Part shown: positions 55,166 to 64,000 of the stretch, piece by piece
Numbering within the stretch: position 1 is the stretch's first letter
Layout: each line of letters starts with the position of its first letter
Virus record (IMG/VR): IMGVR_UViG_3300010352_002076
Length of the DNA stretch: 64,000 nucleotides
Origin: an uncultured virus (IMG/VR IMGVR_UViG_3300010352_002076)
Lineage: Duplodnaviria; Heunggongvirae; Uroviricota; Caudoviricetes
Strand: one strand, 5' to 3'
Translations under genes and position numbers: made by a program
Notes under the pieces: model-generated
Told to the model about the DNA's origin: nothing
What the model saw: only the letters and a program-made list of their open reading frames with translations
Database searches by the model: none

Positions 55166-55180
55166 TTTACTGACGGTCAA
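55166..55180 (-). promoter_or_regulatory. Near-consensus promoter/operator (TTGAC-N5-GTAAA)
   Basis: Minus strand TTGACCGTCAGTAAACCACACTAAGCT, 1 bp after polymerase stop. Confidence 0.7.
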
Positions 55181-55181
55181 G

Positions 55182-58175
55182 CTACGCGGCGACGAGCTCG
55201 GGGACAGACTTGAGCTTCTTTCCCCAACGCTCGTACACCGTGATGTCGACGCCGAGGTGTCGATCTGTACCTGGAATCTTGGCCATGGGCCCCATGAAGA
55301 GCTTCACGGCCGCGACAGTTTCCCGAACGAACTGCTTCGGGGTTTCGATGAGGAAGGCGTCGTGGATCGGGAGCAGGATTCTGAACCCGATCGCTCGACC
55401 CCATTCGGTGCGACGGAACCGATACAGGTTGACGCCTGCAACGGACAGCAGCCCTGCCACGCTCCCCTGGATCGGAGAGTTCGAGGCCTGACGCTTCGCA
55501 GCGAGCTGCTGCGACGGTGAAAGGTTCTGGACCCCGGTGAAGTACCGGCGACGTCCGAAGACATCCTGAACCCATTCGTTCTCGATGGCGGACTCCATGT
55601 TGGCGGCCATCCAGGCCCACCCAACAGGGTACGACGTCTTGAACGACTCGATGATCATCTCGGTCTCGGCCTCGGTGATCTGGACCCCCTTCTTCAGGAT
55701 CTCTCGGGTCAGGGCCCTGGAGCCACGACCGTACATGATACCGAAGTTGATGGTCTTCGCAGCGTCGCGGAGACCGCCGTACTGGGACTTGAAGGCCTCT
55801 TCCCACTTCTTGTAGGCCTTGTTGTCGTTGGTCTCCATCAAGATCTTGATGGCGGCGTCCATCTCCGCCATGATCGGCAGCTTGAACGCCCGGCAGGCCG
55901 TCTCGGCGTGGAGATCTCGCTTCTTGTCGATGATCGCGGTGAGGACGGGGTCCCCGGATGCGAACGCCAACAGGGCGACCTCGGCGGTCTGGAAGTCCGC
56001 CTCGATGAGGTAGTGCCCGGGCCTCGCAACGATGCAGGCCTTGTAGGAGTCCAGCTGTGGTCTCAGGTCTGGTGGAATCCAGGTCCCGTGGGTCACGGGC
56101 ACCTTGCAGTTCGGGTCCTTGGGATCCGAGGGGTCCCGGGTCCACCACTTGTACTCCTTGGGCCCCATCCCCATGGTGCGATCAATGAAGGTGTCGAACA
56201 CCACCGCTTCCTGCTTCTTCGGGAAGGTCTGCAGGTTCGGCTTGTTCATCCGGTACCGATGGGTCTCCGAGGTCTGCCAGAGGTGGCCGCGGCAACGGCC
56301 ATCCTCCCAGATGTTGTTGTGGACCCCTTTGCCGTCCTCGGCGACGCCGAACTCGTTCTTCTCCACGGGGTGCAGGTAGTCCCGAAGCAACTTGCCGGTC
56401 ACGGAGAGCTGCCGCAGCAGCTTGATTTCTCGGTGATCGTACTCGTTGTAGAGCAGGTCCAGCGCCTCGGACTTCGTCGACGGCGTATTATACTTCTCGT
56501 TCTTCTGCTCGATGATCTCGAGCCACGCCTTGGGATACTTGTCCGTGTTGAACGCCGGGGTGATCCCGGTGAGCAGCTTGGCGCCTGGCGGCACGGCTCC
56601 AGGCTTCTTCCCATAGAACTCGCGGTCCGAGAACAGCAGCATCAAGACCTGATCCTTGCTGCCCGGGTTGAAGTCCGGCCAGTTAATCAGCGTCCTGAGC
56701 TCCTTCAGGATGTCGTCGTAGATCGGCTGCAGCGTCTGCCGAATCTTCATGCGCTGCTTCTCGTCGATCAACAAGCCCTCGCGCTCGACATCCATGATGT
56801 GGAGCGACGTCGGTGCCGTGAGGTTGTTGTAGACGTCCCAGAGATGGGCGTTCCCCTCGGCGTGCAGGAGATCGATGAGACGAAGCATGCACCTGAAGGT
56901 GACATCGACGTCCTGAATCGAGTACGGAATCAGGATGGCGTCCGGGATATTGCGATACCCGAACTGCAGCTGGTATTCACGGCTGTTCGCGGAGAGCCAG
57001 TCCTCGAGCGGGCTCCAGTAGTTGTTGAACTCCGGGCAGAACTTCCGCATCAGCACTTCAAGGCCCTGATCGTCGTCACCGAACAGGAGGTGGTGCATCA
57101 GCATGGTGTCCAGGCCGGTGCCCAGCTTCTCATCCACGTCGATACCCATCTCGAAGAGCCGCTGCACATCGACTCGGAGGTGATGACCGGCGAGCTGGAT
57201 CTCGGGATCCTGAAGCAGCTCTCGCAGGGCGTCTACGGCGCGGTCCCGGTCGGACTTACTCTCGATGAAGGGTCTGCCGCCCTCACCATAGAAGCCGAAG
57301 TAGGCGCACTGCCCGAGACCCCAGCAAATCTGGACGCTCAGGGTGTAGACGAACTCCTCGCGGGCCAAGTCGTTGCCGAACTCGGTGTCGATAACCAGGA
57401 AGCGCGGCTTCTTAGCCTTGACCTCCTTGCAGACCCGGACGATGTCATCCGCGGTGGTGCAGACCTGGTAACCCGACTTGTCGATCTTCGGCGGCGCCGT
57501 GGCCCCCGTGACCAGGAAGTCCCGAAGCCGATCGAGGTGGCCCTGGAACACGCTGAGCCCGGCGTGGCTGCTCATCAGGCTGTAGTGGCTCGGGAGCACG
57601 TAGGTCGTGATCCCGTTCCAGTCGAAGAACGAGCCCACCATGTTGTCGACGCGGGCGTCCCTGCCGAAGAACGCCTTGACAGCGTCGGCGCCGACGAGCA
57701 CGGCCACGCGGGGCCGGATGCCGAGGACGTCAGCACGGGCCAGAGCAGCGTTACTGTTCTTGTGCCCCTGTCGGAACGCTCGGACCTCCGGCGGCTTCAA
57801 GAACCGGATCGCGTGGGTGACGTAGATGTCCTGGAACTGAATGCCACATCGAGCGATCTCACCGCGCATGAACTGCCCGGCGTTGTCGACGAGCGGTGTT
57901 CTGAAGGCGAGGTCGGCCTCCTCGACCTGAGGCATCACGAAGACCACTGGGGTCCCGTTGCGCCACCCGGCCTCGGCGGTCCCGAGGTTACGGCCTGCGG
58001 CGTGGAGCGGGGCCAGGTCGACCTTCTCCTCGGGGAGCGAAATGTCGGCCTGGCAGGCCAGGAACGCGAACTCGACGTCGCTGAGCTGCTGCCGCAGCGG
58101 GTCGGCGCGCTTGAACTCTTGGTGGACCCAATTCAGGTCCACGACCTCCTTGGGGAGGCGATCTGCTATCTGCAT
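55182..58175 (-). CDS. Family A DNA polymerase with N-terminal UDG-like and 3'-5' exonuclease domains
   Basis: Exo IDTEF, DTMLM, YSIQDVD; polymerase PNLQ, motif A EADFQTAEV, motif B RDAAKTINFGIMYG, NSPIQG, motif C IHDA. Confidence 0.95.
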   Translation of the reverse strand: MQIADRLPKEVVDLNWVHQEFKRADPLRQQLSDVEFAFLACQADISLPEEKVDLAPLHAAGRNLGTAEAGWRNGTPVVFVMPQVEEADLAFRTPLVDNAGQFMRGEIARCGIQFQDIYVTHAIRFLKPPEVRAFRQGHKNSNAALARADVLGIRPRVAVLVGADAVKAFFGRDARVDNMVGSFFDWNGITTYVLPSHYSLMSSHAGLSVFQGHLDRLRDFLVTGATAPPKIDKSGYQVCTTADDIVRVCKEVKAKKPRFLVIDTEFGNDLAREEFVYTLSVQICWGLGQCAYFGFYGEGGRPFIESKSDRDRAVDALRELLQDPEIQLAGHHLRVDVQRLFEMGIDVDEKLGTGLDTMLMHHLLFGDDDQGLEVLMRKFCPEFNNYWSPLEDWLSANSREYQLQFGYRNIPDAILIPYSIQDVDVTFRCMLRLIDLLHAEGNAHLWDVYNNLTAPTSLHIMDVEREGLLIDEKQRMKIRQTLQPIYDDILKELRTLINWPDFNPGSKDQVLMLLFSDREFYGKKPGAVPPGAKLLTGITPAFNTDKYPKAWLEIIEQKNEKYNTPSTKSEALDLLYNEYDHREIKLLRQLSVTGKLLRDYLHPVEKNEFGVAEDGKGVHNNIWEDGRCRGHLWQTSETHRYRMNKPNLQTFPKKQEAVVFDTFIDRTMGMGPKEYKWWTRDPSDPKDPNCKVPVTHGTWIPPDLRPQLDSYKACIVARPGHYLIEADFQTAEVALLAFASGDPVLTAIIDKKRDLHAETACRAFKLPIMAEMDAAIKILMETNDNKAYKKWEEAFKSQYGGLRDAAKTINFGIMYGRGSRALTREILKKGVQITEAETEMIIESFKTSYPVGWAWMAANMESAIENEWVQDVFGRRRYFTGVQNLSPSQQLAAKRQASNSPIQGSVAGLLSVAGVNLYRFRRTEWGRAIGFRILLPIHDAFLIETPKQFVRETVAAVKLFMGPMAKIPGTDRHLGVDITVYERWGKKLKSVPELVAA

Positions 58176-59374
58176 AGATACGCACTCCGGTAGAGCGGTG
58201 GGAGGTTCTTCAGGATCTCGTTCATGGCCCGCATGCCAAGGTCAGCGGGATCCGGGATCGAGGTGTCGAAGGAATCGTCCTTCAGGATGACGCCGTCCAT
58301 GACGGCGCGCTTGTAGTCGCAGACCACCTTGGCGCGAGCCATGACGGCTGCGGGGTACGGCAGGATCAGCGGCGGGATCTTCATGCCGGCTTCGATGAGC
58401 TTGTCGCGCATCTCCGTGGCGAAGACACGGCCGTTGTCGTTGGGATCGTAGCCGACTCCCTTCTTGCGCCGCGTCCTGGGATCCGGGAGCTGAGTCTCGG
58501 GATCCAGGGCTATCACGGCGGTCCTGAACTTCTTCACGATCTGGTAGCAGCGATGATAGTCGAGGTCCTTGCCGAACACCGCGGACCCCGTGGGCCCTGA
58601 AGCGATGGACGCAGGGATGCCCTCGGCGATCACGATGACATCACCCTCAGGGACCCGATCGATGTTGTAGACGACCTTCTTGGCGCCGGCCGGGATGTAC
58701 CACCTCGTGGGCTCATCCTTCAGGATCGTGCGGCCCTGCCAGAACGCGAGGGACCCGTTCTCGTAGACCGGGAAGATGATTCGATTCGAGACCTGCATGA
58801 AGCCAGAGCTCTGACCCACGAACCCGACGCCGTAGGCCTTGGCGAGGTACGTGGGATCGAAGCCATACTTCGAGGCGATGAACACCAGAGCTGGGTGCCC
58901 CGCGGGGAGCTGATCAAGCAGGATGAACCCCGGAGGAAGTGCGATGGGCCCGTGACCCTGGCCCGGCGCTTGCGCCGGTGCCTTCGACTTCATGCGATAC
59001 ACGGCGAGACCAATGAGGTCCCGGTGGTTCGCGAGGTACGTCTTGATCGATGCGACACAGCGGTGCTCGCGTCCATCCTCGTAGAGTTTACAGTCCTCGT
59101 TATAGCACTTGTAGGTGTGCCGCAGGAGCTCCGGAGCGAAGGTCTTGTCGAGCGGCGTCAGGAAGCGGTGGCCGATGGCGAGCCGGAACCGTTTATCACC
59201 ACAGACCGGACAGCACACATAGTATTGCTCTCCGGCTGACGTGATCTTGGGGACCCTCTTCTTCAACCTGGGGTCCTCTCGCCATTCCCATTTCAGCGGG
59301 GTGTTCTCGTCGCTGACCTTCACGGTTCCGAAGTAGTCCGTCAAGGCATCGAAGAGGGCGGGATTCAGGACCAT
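58166..59374 (-). CDS. DNA primase (Zn finger + TOPRIM)
   Basis: CPVC...C..C; RIIFPV...FWQGR; IAEG, ALDPE, DPAD. Confidence 0.88.
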   Translation of the reverse strand: MVLNPALFDALTDYFGTVKVSDENTPLKWEWREDPRLKKRVPKITSAGEQYYVCCPVCGDKRFRLAIGHRFLTPLDKTFAPELLRHTYKCYNEDCKLYEDGREHRCVASIKTYLANHRDLIGLAVYRMKSKAPAQAPGQGHGPIALPPGFILLDQLPAGHPALVFIASKYGFDPTYLAKAYGVGFVGQSSGFMQVSNRIIFPVYENGSLAFWQGRTILKDEPTRWYIPAGAKKVVYNIDRVPEGDVIVIAEGIPASIASGPTGSAVFGKDLDYHRCYQIVKKFRTAVIALDPETQLPDPRTRRKKGVGYDPNDNGRVFATEMRDKLIEAGMKIPPLILPYPAAVMARAKVVCDYKRAVMDGVILKDDSFDTSIPDPADLGMRAMNEILKNLPPLYRSAYLCR

Positions 59375-59377
59375 GTC

Positions 59378-60874
59378 CTATCCCTCTCTCGGAACCACGT
59401 TCGGCCTGGCGTTGGCCTTCACGAGCTTGTTGCCTGACAGGACATAGTTCTCGACACGGCTGAACTTGGCCGTGGGCCCGTTCAACAGCACCGGGATCCG
59501 ATCGGGCCCGGCAAGCGTTGGGTCGTACCGGGCCTTCGACATCGAGAACAACTGAACCCGGGACTTCGCGTCCCGCGGTGAGAAGATGAAGGCGTACTGC
59601 GCCAGAGCCGAGATCGACTTGCAGTCCATGGAGTCACTGTGGCTGTACTCCTTGGTCGCCGCCATCGCGGTCTGCGCCGAGGCGAGCTGATGACTCAGCA
59701 CGATGAACACCTTGTTGCGCGAAGCCACTTCCGACATGGTGTCGGCGAAGTATTGGATGGCGTCGCGCTTCTCCTTGAACGCGGTCCGACCGTTGAAACC
59801 GACGTCCATGATGCGGTCAGCGATCTTGCCGCACCAGTCCACGTAGACGACCTCCAAGGGATCCCCGCTGGCCTCCTTGAGGCGACGGATCTCAGACTCG
59901 ATCCCATCGGGAAGGTTGCCCTGCTCTCGGACCATGTCGTAGACGTGGAGACGACGATCAACCGTGGTCTGGATCTCCCGGACCATGTTGACATCGAGGC
60001 CGCTGTCGCCGGCGGCAAGGAGCAGATCGAACTTGCGCTGCGCGATCTTGTTGGTCTCGATGCCGGTGGCGCAGGATTGCAACCTGGCGCGGTACATCGG
60101 GTCGAAGCCCTGCTCCGCGACCACCATGAGGGCGCGACGACCCATGAGAGCCTGGGCGACACAGATCTGGTTCCCGGCCGTGGTCTTACCACATCCCTGA
60201 CCAGCCAACAGAATCGCGGTGCATGGCGAGAACGCGCCGGCGCCGGCGCCGAGCACGGCGTCGATGAAGTCGATGCCGAGCTTGATGCGACCATCGCCGA
60301 TGTCGGAGAAGTCCATGGGGATGTCCCCAATCGCCAGGGACTGCGGACCCGAGGACTGCTGATGCTTCTGCAGACTCGCTTTGACCTGGTCCGTGAGCTC
60401 CGTGGCGGCGCGGACATCGCCACGCTCCGCCATGGATGCGGCTTCCTGAAGGACCCGGGTCGCATCCGGGACCAAGGCGCAGCGCCGAAGAATCTCGGTC
60501 CTGACGGCCCGGGCCAGCGTCAGGCTCCGGGAAACGTCAGCTGCGATCATCGGGAAGAACACAGACAGGAAGGTCTGGAACTCGCCGAGCACGGCCTGCT
60601 TCTGATCGCCGGCGTACTTGTCGGTGACCGCCAAGAAGGCGGTGATGAACTCGGAGGACGATGGCACCTTGTTGTGGGTGTCGCAGAACTCCTTCATGGC
60701 GGCGTAGGCCACGGTGTGCCAGTACTGCCCGCCGAGCTGACTCACGAACCAGACCGGCTCCACTGCGGTCTTCGTGGTCTCCAACGCAAAGGTCTGGTTG
60801 GTCAGCATGGTGCCGATCAACAAGGTGTAATGATACCCAGTGAGGTCGACGCGGACTTCCGCGGGTGTGCTCAT
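59378..60874 (-). CDS. DnaB-like replicative helicase
   Basis: LAGQGCGKTT, VAEQ, VYVDW, LSHQL, KARY; adjacent to primase. Confidence 0.85.
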   Translation of the reverse strand: MSTPAEVRVDLTGYHYTLLIGTMLTNQTFALETTKTAVEPVWFVSQLGGQYWHTVAYAAMKEFCDTHNKVPSSSEFITAFLAVTDKYAGDQKQAVLGEFQTFLSVFFPMIAADVSRSLTLARAVRTEILRRCALVPDATRVLQEAASMAERGDVRAATELTDQVKASLQKHQQSSGPQSLAIGDIPMDFSDIGDGRIKLGIDFIDAVLGAGAGAFSPCTAILLAGQGCGKTTAGNQICVAQALMGRRALMVVAEQGFDPMYRARLQSCATGIETNKIAQRKFDLLLAAGDSGLDVNMVREIQTTVDRRLHVYDMVREQGNLPDGIESEIRRLKEASGDPLEVVYVDWCGKIADRIMDVGFNGRTAFKEKRDAIQYFADTMSEVASRNKVFIVLSHQLASAQTAMAATKEYSHSDSMDCKSISALAQYAFIFSPRDAKSRVQLFSMSKARYDPTLAGPDRIPVLLNGPTAKFSRVENYVLSGNKLVKANARPNVVPREG

Positions 60875-61470
60875 CGGAGCTCCTCCACCAACGTTCCAAA
60901 GGCCTCACGGGCCTCAGGGTGGATGAGGAGCTCATGGCGAGCGGCGTCACGAGACGAACCCGCTAAAGCGGGAACGTTGTATTTTCGAGCCATGATGAAC
61001 CTCAGCAATGGGACGAACTCGGGCCCGTAGGCCTGGAGTATGGAAGCAGCGGGACCAAACCTGAGCAGCGCTACGAACCTGTCAAGCTGTGCTCGATAGA
61101 GCCCCAGCCGGTAGCGTGCCCTGGCCTCGATGCCCCCTACGCCTTGGGTGACGTAACGATCGGCGCCCAGCGCATTCGGCCAGAAGAACGCATCCACTGC
61201 GGCGCGCTCCATGACCACGGCGACAAAGAGCTCCGGGGTGAGCCCGTGGTGCCGGGCCACACGAGCCGCAGACACGAACACGGGCCACGACTTCTGGCCG
61301 GGCATCGACGTGGACCCCGTGTAGGCGCTGCGCTGCTTGACGAACTCGTCGCGGCAGCGCAGGGCCTCGGCGTGGACATCGGGGGCCTCGACCTCGATGT
61401 CGGCGATCGAGGACTCGAACGCGGCGCGGGGGTTCTCCTTCAGCTTGCGCCGCCGGGACCCCGCCCTCAT
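60871..61470 (-). CDS. Hypothetical protein
   Basis: ATGA coupling at both ends. Confidence 0.7.
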   Translation of the reverse strand: MRAGSRRRKLKENPRAAFESSIADIEVEAPDVHAEALRCRDEFVKQRSAYTGSTSMPGQKSWPVFVSAARVARHHGLTPELFVAVVMERAAVDAFFWPNALGADRYVTQGVGGIEARARYRLGLYRAQLDRFVALLRFGPAASILQAYGPEFVPLLRFIMARKYNVPALAGSSRDAARHELLIHPEAREAFGTLVEELR

Positions 61471-62945
61471 ACAGGCCCCGGCAGTGGATCCGGGATCCAG
61501 CCCATGGCGACGTAAACCCGGATGCGCTCATTGCTGCGCGCCGCGAAGTCCGGGCTGAAGATGTCGTTGAAGTCGATGAGGAGCCCGTCGGCCTTCTGAC
61601 CGTCGGAGCCCAGTCGGCTCAGACGGCCCGGGATCTGGCCGGCTGCGATCGGAGCAGCGATGCCCTCGGCGCGGATCAGGCACGCCAGGTCCAGGAAGTT
61701 GACACCCTTGGACCAGACATGCGTCGCGATGGCGCGCTTCATGCGCCCCGAGCTGAACTCGGCCTTGTGATCCTTGCGGTCCTCCTTGGTGCAGACGACC
61801 TGGTCCGGGAGCATGGCCCCATTCTTCAGCATCTTCTCGATCTTCTCCTCGTCCTTGGAGAGCGATTCACCGTGGACGATGGTGTAGTCCGGCAGGAGCT
61901 GCCCCAGCACGAAGGCGTGTTCCGTGGTGCTCACCATGATCAGGATCTGGGCGTCAGGCCCGAGCTCAGCCTCGACAGCCCGGGCGACCCGGGAGATCAG
62001 GGCGTTGCGGAACGGGTTCCGCCAGATCGCCGCCCTGTCCTTGACGTGCTTCTGCTTGATACCCCTGGTGTTGGGGCCCATGGTCACCGGGTAGACTCGG
62101 TACTTGAGCTGGCAGACGTTGCCGCTCTGCACGGCTTCCTGGTACGGGACATGGTGCAACACGGGCCCGAAGAGAGCCTCGAGGAAGGCATCGGCGCCGT
62201 CGCTGCGGCCGTCCGGAGTCGCCGTGAAGGCGAAGAACCGGGCCCGCCGGAACTGTACAAACATCTCCAAGAAGTTCGGGGTCAGCACGGCGTGGGCTTC
62301 GTCACAGAGCACCAGGTTGGCCTCGCGGTTGCAGTACCCCAGGCTGTGCGTGATGGCGACCTGGATCCGCTTCGTGGATCGCTTCCCGTCGCCGACGAAG
62401 CCGACCTGCGTCGGCATCGCCTTGGCGAGATCAGTGAAGATCTCGCCAGCAACGTCGTTCGATGGCACCGTGATAACAATCCTGGCGTCAGGGTAGGCCC
62501 TGATGAACTGACGGATCAGGAACGTCTTGCCGTAGCCCGTGGGGCACGTCACGACCCCGATCCGCGAAGTCAGCAGCTTGAGCAGCACGGTGCTCTGGGA
62601 GCCGCGCCACTGGATGCCCTGGTAGATCGAGACATCCGGCTTCTCCGGGAGCCCCGTGGCGACGAGGTCCGCGACCTCGACCTCGTGACCCTGAGCCACG
62701 AGTTCACCATGGATCCGGGGACCGAAACCAGAGAACGTCACGAAGACGGGCTCCTTGGTCTCGGGGTGCACATCGATCCACCAGCACGTATGGGTCTCCT
62801 GTGCGTAGCTGGATTGCCATCCGTTCTTCTCTGTGGCCGGGACCTGCACGGTGCGCTGGACTTCGCAGGTCTCCTTGAACTGGTCGCCGAGCTGAGCCGG
62901 CGCCAGGGAGATCATCCGTCCCAGGTAGGTCAGCTTGGCTTTCAT
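61467..62945 (-). CDS. SF2 DEAH helicase (UvsW-like)
   Basis: PTGYGKT, CDEAH, FTATP, SKGVN, QIPGRLSR. Confidence 0.92.
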   Translation of the reverse strand: MKAKLTYLGRMISLAPAQLGDQFKETCEVQRTVQVPATEKNGWQSSYAQETHTCWWIDVHPETKEPVFVTFSGFGPRIHGELVAQGHEVEVADLVATGLPEKPDVSIYQGIQWRGSQSTVLLKLLTSRIGVVTCPTGYGKTFLIRQFIRAYPDARIVITVPSNDVAGEIFTDLAKAMPTQVGFVGDGKRSTKRIQVAITHSLGYCNREANLVLCDEAHAVLTPNFLEMFVQFRRARFFAFTATPDGRSDGADAFLEALFGPVLHHVPYQEAVQSGNVCQLKYRVYPVTMGPNTRGIKQKHVKDRAAIWRNPFRNALISRVARAVEAELGPDAQILIMVSTTEHAFVLGQLLPDYTIVHGESLSKDEEKIEKMLKNGAMLPDQVVCTKEDRKDHKAEFSSGRMKRAIATHVWSKGVNFLDLACLIRAEGIAAPIAAGQIPGRLSRLGSDGQKADGLLIDFNDIFSPDFAARSNERIRVYVAMGWIPDPLPGPV

Positions 62946-63197
62946 TCATCCCTCCTTCGGTGGGGGCCAGGGCAGGTCGAACCGGACCCAGCACTCATCG
63001 CGCCGGGCCCCGATGTCCGCCATCGTGAAACCCTCGAAGCCATAGCGGGTATAGTCGCTGTGACCGCCGTCTTGGCCGTCCCAGTATTCCAGGCGGCCCT
63101 TGAGATACTCCCTGACTTCTTCCAGGGAAGCGAAGGACTTCGTGGACCCGGGGTCGTCGCAACCCCAGGTGTGAACCTTGAACGGTTTCTCAGACAC
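62946..63197 (-). CDS. Small hypothetical protein
   Basis: Tiling. Confidence 0.65.
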   Translation of the reverse strand: MSEKPFKVHTWGCDDPGSTKSFASLEEVREYLKGRLEYWDGQDGGHSDYTRYGFEGFTMADIGARRDECWVRFDLPWPPPKEG

Positions 63198-63231
63198 TAT
63201 GCTACCCTCTCTTCGGGGATAGCCCCGAAAG

Positions 63232-63882
63232 TTATGAAGTGTTTACAGGCCGCAAAAGCTCAGGTGGACGCTCACCTTTATAGTACCGGGTGTAGACCGT
63301 CCTGTCCTTGAGCCCATGACGCCTAGCCAACTCAGCTAGCGCCACTTTCTCACCGTTTACCAGTAGGAACACGCAGTGCCGTGAGTTGTTGTTCTGCGTG
63401 AGTGCTGTCGCCCAACGACAGTTATCAGGGGTATATCCGCCATCATTGTCTCTGCGATCCAGCGACATGCCTGGCGGACACTTTCCCATGTCAGCTAAGA
63501 AGGCCTCAAACGAGTTCCACCGCTCACATGAAGTTATACCGCGGTCACAGTAATGTTCTGGGTTGCTGCTGCGCCCGCTCACCCGGCTCCGCATCGCTTG
63601 CCAGATTCTATATTCACGCGCATAAATAGATGGATGCTTGCGACTGGTGACCCCGTGTTTCCGCGGACCAACCCGGTTGACGTACTGAGCCGAGAAGCAG
63701 GAGAAACACCGATTACGCTTCCCCGTGTTCAGATGGGTCTGCTTGATCTCAATCGTCTTTCCGCAGTCGCACGTACACAGCACATAGGTGCCGGACTTCC
63801 CCGGTAGAAAATGGGGAAGTCCGGTAACCGTGAAGGAACCAAACCGGGTTCCAACTGGAATACTGAGCGGCTTTTGTGCCAT
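63232..63882 (-). CDS. HNH-type homing endonuclease
   Basis: GTRFG..TV...CTCDCG...W.AM..R...Y.DRGI..CERW.SF..FLADMG...SLDRRDNDGGYTPDNCRW; low GC. Confidence 0.88.
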   Translation of the reverse strand: MAQKPLSIPVGTRFGSFTVTGLPHFLPGKSGTYVLCTCDCGKTIEIKQTHLNTGKRNRCFSCFSAQYVNRVGPRKHGVTSRKHPSIYAREYRIWQAMRSRVSGRSSNPEHYCDRGITSCERWNSFEAFLADMGKCPPGMSLDRRDNDGGYTPDNCRWATALTQNNNSRHCVFLLVNGEKVALAELARRHGLKDRTVYTRYYKGERPPELLRPVNTS

Positions 63883-64000
63883 CTAGCGCGCCCTCTTAGA
63901 CGCCGGTTGGCTCTCGCCATGCTTCTCGTCAATGATGCGCCGCACGATCTCTGACAGTTTGATACCCTTCGCAGCGGCGTCAGCCTTGAGCCGGTTGTGC
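63883..64000 (-). CDS. Ribbon-helix-helix (CopG-like) protein, 5' truncated
   Basis: Hand translation ...HNRLKADAAAKGIKLSEIVRRIIDEKHGESQPASKRAR*. Confidence 0.6.
   Translation of the reverse strand, partial: HNRLKADAAAKGIKLSEIVRRIIDEKHGESQPASKRAR

Noticed and set aside
15281..63311. Very long plus-strand ORFs (e.g. 15281-16816, 38628-40517, 40967-42961, 51964-53445, 55908-58193, 61719-63311)
   Set aside because: Antisense shadows of real minus-strand genes, caused by strong GC3 bias; no motifs and unnatural composition
1..64000. tRNA/rRNA genes and stop-codon reassignment
   Set aside because: No T-loop or cloverleaf noticed in the short intergenic gaps; genes tile fully under the standard code with all three stops used. 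A tRNAscan run would be definitive

Overview
A 64-kb segment of a large, GC-rich (roughly 65% by eye) dsDNA bacteriophage. No virion, terminase, integrase, rRNA or tRNA genes were recognised. Genes are densely packed, often with ATGA/GTGA stop-start overlaps, and almost all lie on the minus strand; only one credible plus-strand gene was found (14432-14839). The right end (about 43-64 kb) is a replication/recombination core: SF2 helicase, DnaB-like helicase, primase, family A DNA polymerase with an N-terminal UDG-like domain, a putative SSB with a Q/P/FG-rich tail, RecA-like protein, two stand-alone 3'-5' exonucleases, RuvB and a RusA-like resolvase. The middle carries a Pif1/RecD-like helicase, GHKL ATPase, C5 DNA methyltransferase, PAPS-reductase-like protein, RuvA, Tmk and ThyX. 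Five free-standing HNH-type homing endonucleases are scattered from 17.6 to 63.9 kb. The left end is an accessory region of small genes: a MazG-like protein plus several resembling isolated host modules (ClpX zinc finger, SEC-C, type IV prepilin next to a secreted lytic transglycosylase, STAS-like, Rmf-like). Most notable: a phage RuvA+RuvB+RusA Holliday-junction set, the pilin/transglycosylase pair within the host-mimic cluster, and a recurrent intergenic TTGAC-N5-GTCAA promoter/operator palindrome. All calls come from motif recognition by eye; no database search was run. Many starts were adjusted from the ORF track using overlaps and RBS.
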